The notes under the pieces were generated by a model, which saw only the letters and a list, made by a program, of their open reading frames with translations, made no database searches and was not told where the DNA came from. Both the position numbers and the translations under genes were made by a program. From Clostridia bacterium (lineage in GTDB: Bacteria; Bacillota; Peptococcia; Peptococcales; BICA1-8), in assembly GCA_012800195.1 (NCBI GenBank), contig JAAZJU010000123.1, positions 1-37,043 of the forward strand: a stretch of 37,043 bases of DNA, read 5' to 3'. The stretch's first letter is position 1; each line of letters opens with the position of its first letter. Of the stretch, positions 8,467 through 17,758 are shown piece after piece.

Positions 8467-8925
8467 ATGAAAGTTTTTTTAAAGGACATCTCCCATGTCG
8501 ATATTGATCTAATAGACAAATATCCCATTCATGGGGTAGTTTTTGCAATTACCGCGCAAAACTGTGAGTCTATCCGGGAGAAAGTGGAAAAATTACCTTT
8601 TTATATCCCAGTAATAGGGGAAATTGCTCCTTTACCAAAATATGCTATAGAAGAATTAATCTTTTTTTGTAGACTAAGTGGTATTATTATTACCGAAAAA
8701 AATAGTAGAGAAAAATTAAGCTGTCCTTTGATTACATATACAGGTGATTCCGATTGGAATGCTCTTGTGAAAAGCCAAGATGGTTATAAAACGGACAAGA
8801 TAATGCTTAATGAAATTAAAAAAAAATCTCCTCAGGCCTTGGTTTTAACAAAAGATGAGTTGTTAGAATTATGGCCTGAAATATATAATTTCTGGGGAAA
8901 ATGGGATTGGAGAACTGATGACTAA
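8467..8925 (+). CDS. Hypothetical protein, 152 aa
   Basis: The ORF starts 8 nt after the HutP-like gene and overlaps the cmk start by 8 nt. I recognise no family with confidence. Confidence 0.5.
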   Translation: MKVFLKDISHVDIDLIDKYPIHGVVFAITAQNCESIREKVEKLPFYIPVIGEIAPLPKYAIEELIFFCRLSGIIITEKNSREKLSCPLITYTGDSDWNALVKSQDGYKTDKIMLNEIKKKSPQALVLTKDELLELWPEIYNFWGKWDWRTDD

Positions 8926-9595
8926 TTTTAAACAAATTGCTATTGACGGGCCAGCAGGAGCTGGTAAAAGCTCAGTAGCCAAGAAATTAGCCGAAAAATT
9001 AAAATATATTTATGTAGATACAGGAGCTATGTATCGAGCACTTACTTATAAGGCCTTAAAAAAAGGAGTAAGTGTCACGGATACTAAGAAGCTTATTGAA
9101 TTAGCTAAAACCACTTTAATTGATTTTCAGATTGATGATTCTAATGTTCAAAGGGTTATTTGTGATGGCGAGGATGTTACAGAGGCCATTAGAAGACCAG
9201 AAGTTTCAGATGCTGTTTCTGTTGTTGCCGCTATTCCTGAAGTTAGGGAGAGCTTGGTAATTAAGCAAAGGGCTCTCGCCAAAAGTAATAATATTATTAT
9301 GGATGGCAGGGATATTGGAACTATAGTTTTGCCAGACGCAAATTTTAAATTTTTTCTTATAGCCTCTCTAGAAGAAAGAGCTAAAAGAAGATTGGAAGAA
9401 TTCAAAAGCAAAGGCTATAAAGTGACCTTAAAAGGAGTAATTGATGATATTACTAAAAGAGATAAATTAGATAGCGAACGGGAAACTTCTCCTTTAAGAC
9501 CAGCGGAAGATGCTTTGATTATAGATACTAGTGATTTAAATATTACTCAAGTGGTCAACCATATTTTAAATGTGGTGAATAATGGAGGATCATAA
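8918..9595 (+). CDS. cmk: Cytidylate kinase
   Basis: It has the P-loop IAIDGPAGAGKSSVAK, YVDTGAMYRA, and GRDIGTIVLPDA. Confidence 0.95.
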   Translation: MTNFKQIAIDGPAGAGKSSVAKKLAEKLKYIYVDTGAMYRALTYKALKKGVSVTDTKKLIELAKTTLIDFQIDDSNVQRVICDGEDVTEAIRRPEVSDAVSVVAAIPEVRESLVIKQRALAKSNNIIMDGRDIGTIVLPDANFKFFLIASLEERAKRRLEEFKSKGYKVTLKGVIDDITKRDKLDSERETSPLRPAEDALIIDTSDLNITQVVNHILNVVNNGGS

Positions 9596-9597
9596 AC

Positions 9598-10194
9598 ATG
9601 CTGTATAATTTTTTAAAGTTAATTCTCCCAATACTTTTATTTCCTCTTACTAAAATAGAAATAAAAGGCTTAAATAATATACCAACTAAGGGACCAGTTG
9701 TTTTAATTAGTAATCACACTAGTAATTGGGATCCTGTCATTTTAGCAGCTTATTTGCCACGCAAATTATCTTTTATGGCTAAAGAAGAATTATTTAAAAT
9801 ATTTTTCATTGGGCTAATCGTCAGAAATTTGGAAGCAATCCCCGTGAAAAGAGGGGCAGCGGATCGAAATGCTATTAGACAATCCATCAAGGTATTAGAA
9901 GAAGGCAAAGTGTTAGCAATGTTTCCAGAGGGCACCAGGAGTAAAACTGGTGAAGTAAAGGATTTTCAACCTGGAGCAGCAATGATAGCTTATAGAGGAA
10001 AAGCCACTATAGTTCCTGTAGGATTAATAAATGCCAGAAACATTGGCAAAGGATTATTTACCAAAGTAACTATTAATATTGGTAAGCCTTTGGAGATTAA
10101 TGAGCTTTGTAAGGAAAAAATAACCGGTGAAAAATTAGAAGAGATAAGTAAACTATTACAAGAAAAAGTAATTGAATTAGTTGAAAATAAATAG
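9598..10194 (+). CDS. plsC: 1-acyl-sn-glycerol-3-phosphate acyltransferase
   Basis: The HX4D motif (NHTSNWD) and the FPEGTRS motif are both present. Confidence 0.85.
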   Translation: MLYNFLKLILPILLFPLTKIEIKGLNNIPTKGPVVLISNHTSNWDPVILAAYLPRKLSFMAKEELFKIFFIGLIVRNLEAIPVKRGAADRNAIRQSIKVLEEGKVLAMFPEGTRSKTGEVKDFQPGAAMIAYRGKATIVPVGLINARNIGKGLFTKVTINIGKPLEINELCKEKITGEKLEEISKLLQEKVIELVENK

Positions 10195-10293
10195 AAGGAT
10201 ATTTATTATTGTTTAGAGAAGTATATATAATTAGCAAAATCAAAAACTACTACTATTACAATCTATTAAGGAAAAATTTAGGGGCTGGTCTTA

Positions 10294-12333
10294 TTGCAGA
10301 TATTTATTGCTCCCCATTCAGGTTTTTGTTTTGGCGTTAGGAATGCCATTAATACTGGAGAAAAAATAATAAAAGAAAAAAAATCACCAGTGGCTAGTTG
10401 GGGACCTTTAATACATAATCCTCAAGAAGTATCAAGATTAGAGAAAATGGGTATAATTTCAAGGGAAAACTTCGAAGATATTAAGGAAAACAGTCTTGTC
10501 ATACGAACTCATGGAGTTCCCCCTGAAGTATTTACTGAAGCTAAAAAACATAATCTAGAAATAATTGATTGTACCTGTCCCTTTGTCAGCAAAGTGCAAA
10601 GAATAGCTCAAGAATATAGTGAAAAAGGTTATACTATTCTTGTCTTAGGGGATCCGGAACATCCAGAAATAAAGGGTGTTTTAGGTTGGGCCCAAGGTAA
10701 GGGGATTACCTGTCAGTCCTTTGATCAGTTAAAAAAAATGCAGCTCAATGACAAGATTTGTTTTGTGGCTCAAACCACAGAGAAAATTGAAAAATTTAAT
10801 GAAATGGAAGAATATCTTAAAGAAAAAATCGAAGATTTAATTGTCTATAATACAATTTGTTCAGCTACCCGTCAACGTCAACAGGCTTCCTTTGAGCTTA
10901 GCGAAAAGGTTGATCTGATGATAGTTGTAGGGGGTTTAAATAGTGCTAATACCCAAAAACTTGCAAAAATATGTTCTGAAACTGGTACTCCTACAAAGCA
11001 TATTGAAAATGCACAGGAATTAAAGGATGATTGGTTTTCAGGAATAGAAAAAGTTGGGGTAACAGCCGGTGCATCAACACCAGAATGGATTATTGAGGAG
11101 GTTGTCAGAGTAATGGAAGAAATTAAAAACCAGCAAGAAGAAAACCAACAGGAAGAAAATAATGTAGAGGTAGAAATTCAAGAACACCTAGATCAAGGAA
11201 TGACAAAATTTGGAGATATAAAACCAGGTGATATTTTAACCGGTACGGTTGTTCAAATAAATAATGATGAGGTATTAGTTGATGTAGGTGGTAAATCAGA
11301 GGGGATTATACCAGTTAACGAGTTGTCCTATCGCAAGGTAGAAGACCCCAATGATTTTGTTAAGGTAGGAGAAGAAATTAAAGTTTTGGTTTTAAAGGTA
11401 GAAAATGCTGAAGGCAATATGATAATTTCTAAACGCAGGGCAGAACAAGAAGAAGGATTAAAAAAATTAGAAGAAGCTTTTAAGGCGGAAGAAATTATTG
11501 AAGCTGAAGTTACCGAAGTAGTCAAAGGTGGTATTTTAGTTGATGTAGGTGTGAGAGGCTTTATACCTGCCTCCTTGGTTGAAAGAGGATATGTTGAAGA
11601 TTTGGAGCAGTATGTTGGTCAAAAATTGAGACTAAAAGTTATTGAACTAGATACCAAAAATAGAAAAGCTGTTCTTTCAAGAAAAGCAGTTTTAGATGCA
11701 GAATATGAAGAACAAAAAGAAAAGACCTGGGCAGAACTAGCTGAAGGTCAAACCAGACAGGGAACAGTTCAAAGAATCACAGATTTTGGTGCATTTGTTG
11801 ACCTAGGAGGAGTAGATGGATTACTCCATGTCTCAGAAATGGCTTGGGGTAGGGTAAATCATCCTAGAGATATCGTCAAAGAAGGCGACAAAATAGATGT
11901 TTATGTAATTAGTGTTGATAGAGAAAAAGAAAGAGTTTCTTTAGGATTAAAACAACTAACTTCTAGCCCTTGGGAAACTATAGTCAATCAGTATTCCATT
12001 GGTTCTCAAATTAAAGGAAAAGTTGTCAGAATAGCACCCTTTGGTGTTTTCGTCGAATTATTACCTGGAGTAGATGGATTAGTGCACATTTCTCAATTGG
12101 CTTGGGAAAGGGTTGAAAAACCTGAAGATGTGGTTTCTATTGGCGAAGAGGTAGATGTTGTAATTCTTGATATTGATCAAGCAAATAAAAAAATCGGTTT
12201 AAGCATTAAAGAAGCCAAAGAAAAACCTGTCAAAGAGAAAAAGGTTGCTACTAAAGAGCCGGTTGAACATAAAGAAGAATCTGGAGTAACAATTGGAGAT
12301 CTTGTCGGCGACATCTTTAATGAATTAAAATAA
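10294..12333 (+). CDS. ispH: Bifunctional 4-hydroxy-3-methylbut-2-enyl diphosphate reductase (IspH/LytB) fused to a four-repeat ribosomal protein S1 homolog
   Basis: The N-terminal ~285 aa carry the three IspH cluster cysteines in GFCFGV, DCTCPFV and NTICSAT contexts. A Q/E-rich linker (QQEENQQEEN) follows. Then come four S1 OB repeats of the type G..V.G.V......G..VD.GG..G..H.SE. Confidence 0.9.
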   Translation: MQIFIAPHSGFCFGVRNAINTGEKIIKEKKSPVASWGPLIHNPQEVSRLEKMGIISRENFEDIKENSLVIRTHGVPPEVFTEAKKHNLEIIDCTCPFVSKVQRIAQEYSEKGYTILVLGDPEHPEIKGVLGWAQGKGITCQSFDQLKKMQLNDKICFVAQTTEKIEKFNEMEEYLKEKIEDLIVYNTICSATRQRQQASFELSEKVDLMIVVGGLNSANTQKLAKICSETGTPTKHIENAQELKDDWFSGIEKVGVTAGASTPEWIIEEVVRVMEEIKNQQEENQQEENNVEVEIQEHLDQGMTKFGDIKPGDILTGTVVQINNDEVLVDVGGKSEGIIPVNELSYRKVEDPNDFVKVGEEIKVLVLKVENAEGNMIISKRRAEQEEGLKKLEEAFKAEEIIEAEVTEVVKGGILVDVGVRGFIPASLVERGYVEDLEQYVGQKLRLKVIELDTKNRKAVLSRKAVLDAEYEEQKEKTWAELAEGQTRQGTVQRITDFGAFVDLGGVDGLLHVSEMAWGRVNHPRDIVKEGDKIDVYVISVDREKERVSLGLKQLTSSPWETIVNQYSIGSQIKGKVVRIAPFGVFVELLPGVDGLVHISQLAWERVEKPEDVVSIGEEVDVVILDIDQANKKIGLSIKEAKEKPVKEKKVATKEPVEHKEESGVTIGDLVGDIFNELK

Positions 12334-12340
12334 TTTAAAT

Positions 12341-12380
12341 AACTGGGCTTTCGCTTTTAAGCGGAGGCCAGTTTATTTTA
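12341..12380 (+). terminator. Terminator or attenuator between ispH::S1 and fni
   Basis: The stem aactgggctttcgc/gcggaggccagtt has about 13 bp with one bulge and G-U pairs, closing the loop ttttaa. TATTTTA follows. Confidence 0.5.
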
Positions 12381-12392
12381 AGGATGAATGCG

Positions 12393-13454
12393 ATGGATAT
12401 CAGAGAAAAAAGAAAATGGCAGCATTTGAAATATACACTGCAAATTGAAGATGGGCCCCTTGATCCTGGGTTTCGTGATGTAGCTCTAGTTCATCAAGCT
12501 CTAGGTTCCTTTGATATAAAAGATATTGATACTAATATGACCTTATTTCATAAGGAACTAAAATTTCCTTTACTAATTAATGCTATGACTGGAGGAGCAG
12601 ATGGTTTAGAGCAATTTAACAAAATTTTTGCTATTGCTGCTAGGGAATGTGGAATTGCTTTAGCAGTGGGTTCCCAAACAGCTGCCATTAAAAATCCTGC
12701 CACAAGGAATACTTTTAAAATTGTTAGAGAGTTAAATCCTCAGGGACTAATTTTTGCTAATGTTAGTGCTTTAGTTAATCCTCAGGAAGCCTTAGAAGCT
12801 GTAGAAATGATCGAAGCAGATGCTCTCCAACTTCATTTAAATCTAGCTCAGGAATTAGCAATGGGTGAAGGAGATAGGGCTTTTAAAGGTACCTTGGAAA
12901 ATATCTTACAAATTAAAACAAAGGTTAAAGTTCCTGTCATTATTAAAGAAGTGGGCTTCGGTTTATCTCGGGAAACAGTAAATAAGCTTTATAATGAAGG
13001 GCTTAAAAACTTTGATGTAGGCGGTGCAGGAGGGACTAATTTTGCAGCAATTGAACAAAAACGAAATCCCGAGTACACCAATCCTGATCTTATCAATTGG
13101 GGCATTCCCACAGTCATTTCTCTATTAGAAGCAAAAAGTGTGGCTAATGATTTAAATATTTTTGCCACTGGTGGCCTTAGAACTGCAAAAGATATCTTAA
13201 TTTCTTTGGTTCTGGGAGCTAAAATAGCTGGTCTAGCCGCTCCCATATTAAGTAAGGCCAAAGAAATGAAAGAAGATATTCTTATTTTTTATCTTGAAGG
13301 TCTGATTAGAGAGGTTAAGGAATTAATGCTTTTAATAAATGCCCCAAATTTAAGAGAGGTTAAAAAATCCCCGGTAATAATCACTGGCTATGTAGGAGAG
13401 TGGTTAAGACAACGAGGATTAATATCCAATAACACACATGGTTGTAAAGAATAG
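12393..13454 (+). CDS. fni: Type 2 (FMN-dependent) isopentenyl-diphosphate delta-isomerase
   Basis: INAMTGG, GSQ, the VIIKEVGFG motif and GAGGTNFAAIE match the IDI-2 TIM-barrel pattern. I prefer the ATG at 12393 (AAGGA 8 nt upstream). The track start at 12384 is the alternative. Confidence 0.85.
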   Translation: MDIREKRKWQHLKYTLQIEDGPLDPGFRDVALVHQALGSFDIKDIDTNMTLFHKELKFPLLINAMTGGADGLEQFNKIFAIAARECGIALAVGSQTAAIKNPATRNTFKIVRELNPQGLIFANVSALVNPQEALEAVEMIEADALQLHLNLAQELAMGEGDRAFKGTLENILQIKTKVKVPVIIKEVGFGLSRETVNKLYNEGLKNFDVGGAGGTNFAAIEQKRNPEYTNPDLINWGIPTVISLLEAKSVANDLNIFATGGLRTAKDILISLVLGAKIAGLAAPILSKAKEMKEDILIFYLEGLIREVKELMLLINAPNLREVKKSPVIITGYVGEWLRQRGLISNNTHGCKE

Positions 13455-13566
13455 CTTCTTAGAGAGGCTATTTTTATTTTATCTTAAAACTTTAGTTTGG
13501 GTATAATTTCTAAAAAGAGCAGACAGATTATTAATTAGAACATTTTAATAAGAGAGGAAGGATAAG

Positions 13567-14163
13567 GTGTCGAAGAAAAAATTGTTTGTATCTATATTAG
13601 TTGTAATCTTAGTTCTAATGCTCTCAGCGTGTACCCCTAATACTCCAAACCAAAAATTATCAAATCAAGGAAATGGACAGAATAAGTCAAATACAGAACA
13701 AAAGGCCAATACCAACGCCAATACTATTGTTAAATTTGAAGATGTTAAAGTAGAGCCCAAAGAAGCATATAATACCTTTACCAAGAAGTATCCCGATGCA
13801 AAAGTAAAAGAGTTAGAGCTTGAATTTAGTCATGGTTCCTATGTTTATCAAGTGGAAGGATATGATGATACTAATGAATATGAAGTAAAGATAAATCCCG
13901 TGGATGGCAAAATAATGAAAGAAAATCAAGAGAAAAACAAAGATTTAAAAGAAGGTGAAATAACCTTAGAAAATGTGAATAAAATCCAAGATCTAACAGA
14001 TCAAACACTAAAAGATGCAGGGAAGGATTATAAAGTAGAAGAATGGAGCCTAAAATCTAAAAATGGTCAAATTATATTTAATATAGAAGTAGTTAATGAC
14101 AACACAAGAGATATAGAATATCAATACGATATAAATACAGGGAAGTTAATAGAAAAAGATTAG
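13567..14163 (+). CDS. Secreted lipoprotein with PepSY-like repeats
   Basis: The signal peptide ends in the lipobox LSAC. An N/Q/K-rich linker follows. There are two PepSY-like segments (AKVKELELEFSHGSYVYQVEG...YEVKINPVDGKI and a second ending YQYDINTGKLI). Confidence 0.65.
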   Translation: MSKKKLFVSILVVILVLMLSACTPNTPNQKLSNQGNGQNKSNTEQKANTNANTIVKFEDVKVEPKEAYNTFTKKYPDAKVKELELEFSHGSYVYQVEGYDDTNEYEVKINPVDGKIMKENQEKNKDLKEGEITLENVNKIQDLTDQTLKDAGKDYKVEEWSLKSKNGQIIFNIEVVNDNTRDIEYQYDINTGKLIEKD

Positions 14164-14174
14164 AATTTTATCTA

Positions 14175-14210
14175 GGGGCTGAATGATTAATTTATTCAGT
14201 TCCTATTTGA
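14175..14210 (+). terminator. Candidate terminator after the lipoprotein gene
   Basis: The stem ggggctgaat/attcagttcc has about 10 bp including G-U pairs. The T-rich sequence TATTTGATT follows. Confidence 0.4.
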
Positions 14211-14277
14211 TTCTTGCATATAAAAATTTACTACTGGGCAATATAAGGTTGAAAAAACAAGGAAGGGGAGGTATTTA

Positions 14278-15021
14278 ATGAGATTACCTATAGGAACCAT
14301 AGTCTTATTTATCTTATCAATTTTAATCTTTTTCGGGATAGGTCATAGAGTATTAGACAGAATGAGGTTAACAGATAAGGGAGCCTTGGCAATTTTAGGA
14401 GCACTAATTGTAGGCAGCTTTATTGATATACCCATCACAAGAGGGAATATAGATACTACCATCAATGTTGGGGGCGCAATAGTTCCTATAGGTGTTGCTA
14501 TATATTTGCTCGCTAAAGCAGGAACAAATATGGAAAGAATAAGAGCAATTTTCGGGGCCATATTAACCGCTGGCACTATGTATTATATAGGTAGTGTCTT
14601 AATGCGAGGAGGTCATAGAGAGTTTGCCTTCTTCTTAGATCCTGTATATATTACCCCAGTTGTTGCTGGTTTAATAGCTTATATCGCAGGAAGATCCAGA
14701 AGAGCGGCCTTTGTAGCAGCTACTATGGGAGTGCTGCTGTTAGACATTATCCACTTTATTACTTTAATCACTACAGGGATTAAAGGTACCGTACATATAG
14801 GGGGTGCTGGTGCCTTTGATAGCATTGTTCTTTCTGGTGTAATTGCTGTTATGCTAGCCGAAATTATTGGTGAATCAAGGGAGAGATTACAAGGAGGTCC
14901 AGATAGTAAAGGCAGGGACCCCGAATTAATAGATAACTTAGAGAGCATCGAATATACCAGCATGTTAGGTGTTAAGAAATACGAAGAAGAAAATAATCAA
15001 AGAGGTGAAAATAATGAGTAA
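14278..15021 (+). CDS. Polytopic membrane protein, possibly DUF1614 family
   Basis: It has multiple hydrophobic helices, a strong GGGGAGG RBS, and a C-terminal acidic tail. The family assignment is from memory of the LIFFGIGHRVLDRM-type N-terminus and is tentative. Confidence 0.5.
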   Translation: MRLPIGTIVLFILSILIFFGIGHRVLDRMRLTDKGALAILGALIVGSFIDIPITRGNIDTTINVGGAIVPIGVAIYLLAKAGTNMERIRAIFGAILTAGTMYYIGSVLMRGGHREFAFFLDPVYITPVVAGLIAYIAGRSRRAAFVAATMGVLLLDIIHFITLITTGIKGTVHIGGAGAFDSIVLSGVIAVMLAEIIGESRERLQGGPDSKGRDPELIDNLESIEYTSMLGVKKYEEENNQRGENNE

Positions 15022-16168
15022 AAGGAGCATATATGTTTTACCCTTACTATTTTTCGCCTTGGGAATAATTTTCATCACTATGAATCCCTTTCAAGATACA
15101 CCAACCATTCAAAATATTGATATACCTGATATATTGGGCCAATTTGAAGTGGAAAGAACAGACGGTAGCTACTACACTTTTATAGATATGGATAACAATC
15201 GAGAAATCGATAAAATAGCTAGAGAGGTATACGAAGGGGACGAATTAATTTTAGCGGATAATTCCTTATATAGGGTTGTAGAAATTAATGAAGATACAGT
15301 ATTGTGTGAGTATCTCGGCCAAGAAGAAGTAACTCTCACTAGACCAGTACTAGGCCCAGTTATGGCTCAAAATAATAAAGGTACTGTTGGTATTTATATG
15401 ACTCATACAGCAGAATCTTTTGTACCCACTTCAGGAACTGAAAGTAAACCAGGGGATGGGGATATTATTAATGTAGGGAGAGTAATTGCAAATACATTGG
15501 AAGAAAAGGGTGTTAATGTTAGCTTTAGTGATAATGTCCACGATCCTCATGATGCCAATGCTTATCAAAGATCAAGAAGAACAATTGCTCAATTACTCAA
15601 GAAAAGACCAGTAGCGTTAATTGATGTCCACCGGGATGGGGTTCCCGACCCCAACTTTTATGCTACTGAAATAGATGGGGATGAAGCGGTGCAAATAAGA
15701 CTTGTGGTGGGCCGACAAAACCAAAACATGCAAGCCAATATGGACTTTGCCAAGCAAATGAAAGCCTATTATGATGAGGTACAACCAGGTCTTATTAAAG
15801 GAATATTTAAAGCAAAAGGTAATTATAATCAAGATTTGGGACCTAGAACAATTTTAATTGAAGTGGGTACCCATACTAATTCAGCAGAGCAAGCCAAAAA
15901 AAGTGCGGCTGTTTTTGCCTCCCATTTACCTGGTTTCCTGGGTTTAGGTACTGAGGGAGGAGCTAAAGGGGCAGAAGCACCAGCAGATAAAACCAGTAAG
16001 GGTACTATTTCTTCAATTATCTGGTTACTGGTAATTTTCTTTATAGGAGGTTTAGCTTTTCTATTTATTAGTACTGGAAGCATTGAAGGATCTGTTAATA
16101 AACTTAGAAATTTTGGTAAGGAATTTACCAGCTACTTAGGACCTTTAAGAAGAAAGAATAAGAAGTAA
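15014..16168 (+). CDS. spoIIP: Stage II sporulation protein P
   Basis: It has GIYMTHTAESF, IDVHRDG, and RLVVGRQN...ILIEVGTHTNS, the amidase-like SpoIIP motifs. I prefer the ATG at 15014 (AGAGGTGA RBS). The track start at 14969 lies inside the upstream gene. Confidence 0.85.
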   Translation: MSKRSIYVLPLLFFALGIIFITMNPFQDTPTIQNIDIPDILGQFEVERTDGSYYTFIDMDNNREIDKIAREVYEGDELILADNSLYRVVEINEDTVLCEYLGQEEVTLTRPVLGPVMAQNNKGTVGIYMTHTAESFVPTSGTESKPGDGDIINVGRVIANTLEEKGVNVSFSDNVHDPHDANAYQRSRRTIAQLLKKRPVALIDVHRDGVPDPNFYATEIDGDEAVQIRLVVGRQNQNMQANMDFAKQMKAYYDEVQPGLIKGIFKAKGNYNQDLGPRTILIEVGTHTNSAEQAKKSAAVFASHLPGFLGLGTEGGAKGAEAPADKTSKGTISSIIWLLVIFFIGGLAFLFISTGSIEGSVNKLRNFGKEFTSYLGPLRRKNKK

Positions 16169-16169
16169 A

Positions 16170-17060
16170 ATGGATAAAACAATACAAATTATTATCTTAG
16201 GAATAATAGTAGGCACTGCCGCTAGGATATATATGTTGAGAACTGATTATCGACAATATCCCTCATATCCCCATGGGATTGTGGTCCATGTCTCATTAGG
16301 GGTCTTGGCTGCTGCCTTAGCTTCCTTAGCTATTCCGGCTTTAATGGAAAAGGAATATACAGCCATTACTTTTTTATCCTTAGCGGCTCAACAATTTAGG
16401 GAAATTAGAAATATGGAAAGGGAAACTCTCAGTAAATTGGAGGAACTTTCTTTAGTTCCACGGGGCTTAGATTATATTGAAGGTATTGCTAAGGTTTTTG
16501 AAGCTAGAAATTATCTAGTTATGTTTACTTCCTTGGTGACCACTTCTGTAGCCCTGTGGTTAGGCTTACTAGCGGGAATTATTGCAGGTATTACTACAAT
16601 CCTTATTTCTATGTATTTAATGCGGGGGAGATTTGTCCGGGATATTGCTACTGTCAAACCGGGTAAACTACACTTTGAAAACTCCCTATTAATGGTTGAT
16701 GATATAGTTATTATGAATGTTGGCTTAGAGGATCAAAGGGAGAAAATCCTTAAGGATGGCATAGGAGTGGTAGTTCATCCTAAAAATGATAATGGTAGAG
16801 CCATACTCAATAACTTAGGGCAAAGACAAGCTATTCTTCATGATGTTTCTATCTTAGTTGGCAATAAATTAGAAGTAGGTGAGCCGGATCTTACTCCTTT
16901 GATGAGAAAAGATGTGGATACTGGGAAATTAGCTCTATTTGTAGTCCCCAATGAAAAAGATCTGGAATGTGTAATTGAAGCAATTTATCGAACACCAATC
17001 TTAGAAAGTGCCGCCTATTATCCATTGAAAAGTACCATTGGAAAGAGTGCCGCAGACTAG
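16170..17060 (+). CDS. YIEGIA-family protein
   Basis: The literal YIEGIA motif (RGLDYIEGIAKVFEARNY) is present. Two hydrophobic helical regions and a length of about 296 aa fit that family. Confidence 0.8.
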   Translation: MDKTIQIIILGIIVGTAARIYMLRTDYRQYPSYPHGIVVHVSLGVLAAALASLAIPALMEKEYTAITFLSLAAQQFREIRNMERETLSKLEELSLVPRGLDYIEGIAKVFEARNYLVMFTSLVTTSVALWLGLLAGIIAGITTILISMYLMRGRFVRDIATVKPGKLHFENSLLMVDDIVIMNVGLEDQREKILKDGIGVVVHPKNDNGRAILNNLGQRQAILHDVSILVGNKLEVGEPDLTPLMRKDVDTGKLALFVVPNEKDLECVIEAIYRTPILESAAYYPLKSTIGKSAAD

Positions 17061-17078
17061 TTTTAGAGGGGGAGAACC

Positions 17079-17270
17079 ATGGAAACTGCAATTAGTGGGG
17101 CAATATTAGCAATTGTCACTACCCAAAAAGATAAAGTAGCTAGTGGAGTTCCAGTTTTTTTTGCTAAAGATCAAGAAGAGGTCCAGCGTACTTGTATTTT
17201 ACTAAGTCGAGTTTTAAAGGCTATGACCCATGATTTAGAAAACGGAGTATACATTTTAGTAAGGCATTAA
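17079..17270 (+). CDS. Small 63-aa protein, a likely partner subunit of the YIEGIA protein
   Basis: It has a strong GGGGGAG RBS, lies 18 nt downstream of the YIEGIA gene, and is co-oriented with it. I recall a small conserved partner annotated next to YIEGIA genes, but I cannot verify that here. Confidence 0.5.
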   Translation: METAISGAILAIVTTQKDKVASGVPVFFAKDQEEVQRTCILLSRVLKAMTHDLENGVYILVRH

Positions 17271-17287
17271 CATGGGGGAGGCGTACA

Positions 17288-17758
17288 ATGCATATTATTT
17301 ATCATTGTTATGGTGGGGCTCACTCATCAGTTACAGCAGCTGCCATTCATACCAGACTATTATCTGAAAACACCATCCCAAGTGGTGAAGAATTGCTAAA
17401 ACTTCCTTATTATGATCTACAAGTGGCTGAAGACCATGGATATATAAGATATATGGGTCAAGATGAGAAGCAAAACAATGTATATATAACTAGCAAACAT
17501 AACTTGGGTAAAAGTTATGAAACAATAATGCGTAGTGTTGCTGAAATAGCAGGTTTACCTCAAGATGAATTGGTTTTTATCGATACAATGCCTTATGTAA
17601 ATGTACTGATGATGATTGGTGGCTATTTATCTAGAAGACTGGGATGGGTAAGAATTGGTAGACCCATAGTTATTATGGGAACGAAGCTAGCCTTTCCGAA
17701 ATTTAGTCAACTTGTTAATATAGTTAAAACTAAAGATATTAGGCTAGGTGCAAAATGA
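17288..17758 (+). CDS. DUF3189-like protein, paralog 1
   Basis: The N-terminus is MHIIYHCYGGAHSSVTAAAIH. A GGGGGAGG RBS is present. It is paired with a similar downstream ORF. Confidence 0.55.
   Translation: MHIIYHCYGGAHSSVTAAAIHTRLLSENTIPSGEELLKLPYYDLQVAEDHGYIRYMGQDEKQNNVYITSKHNLGKSYETIMRSVAEIAGLPQDELVFIDTMPYVNVLMMIGGYLSRRLGWVRIGRPIVIMGTKLAFPKFSQLVNIVKTKDIRLGAK

Noticed and set aside
11131-11160. Short tandem repeat encoding QQEENQQEEN
   Set aside because: It has only two imperfect 15-nt units inside the IspH-S1 linker. It is low-complexity coding sequence, not a repeat element.
14969-15013. Upstream extension of the spoIIP ORF (track start at 14969)
   Set aside because: The extension lies inside the preceding gene. 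The ATG at 15014 has a good AGAGGTGA RBS and yields a normal signal-anchor N-terminus.
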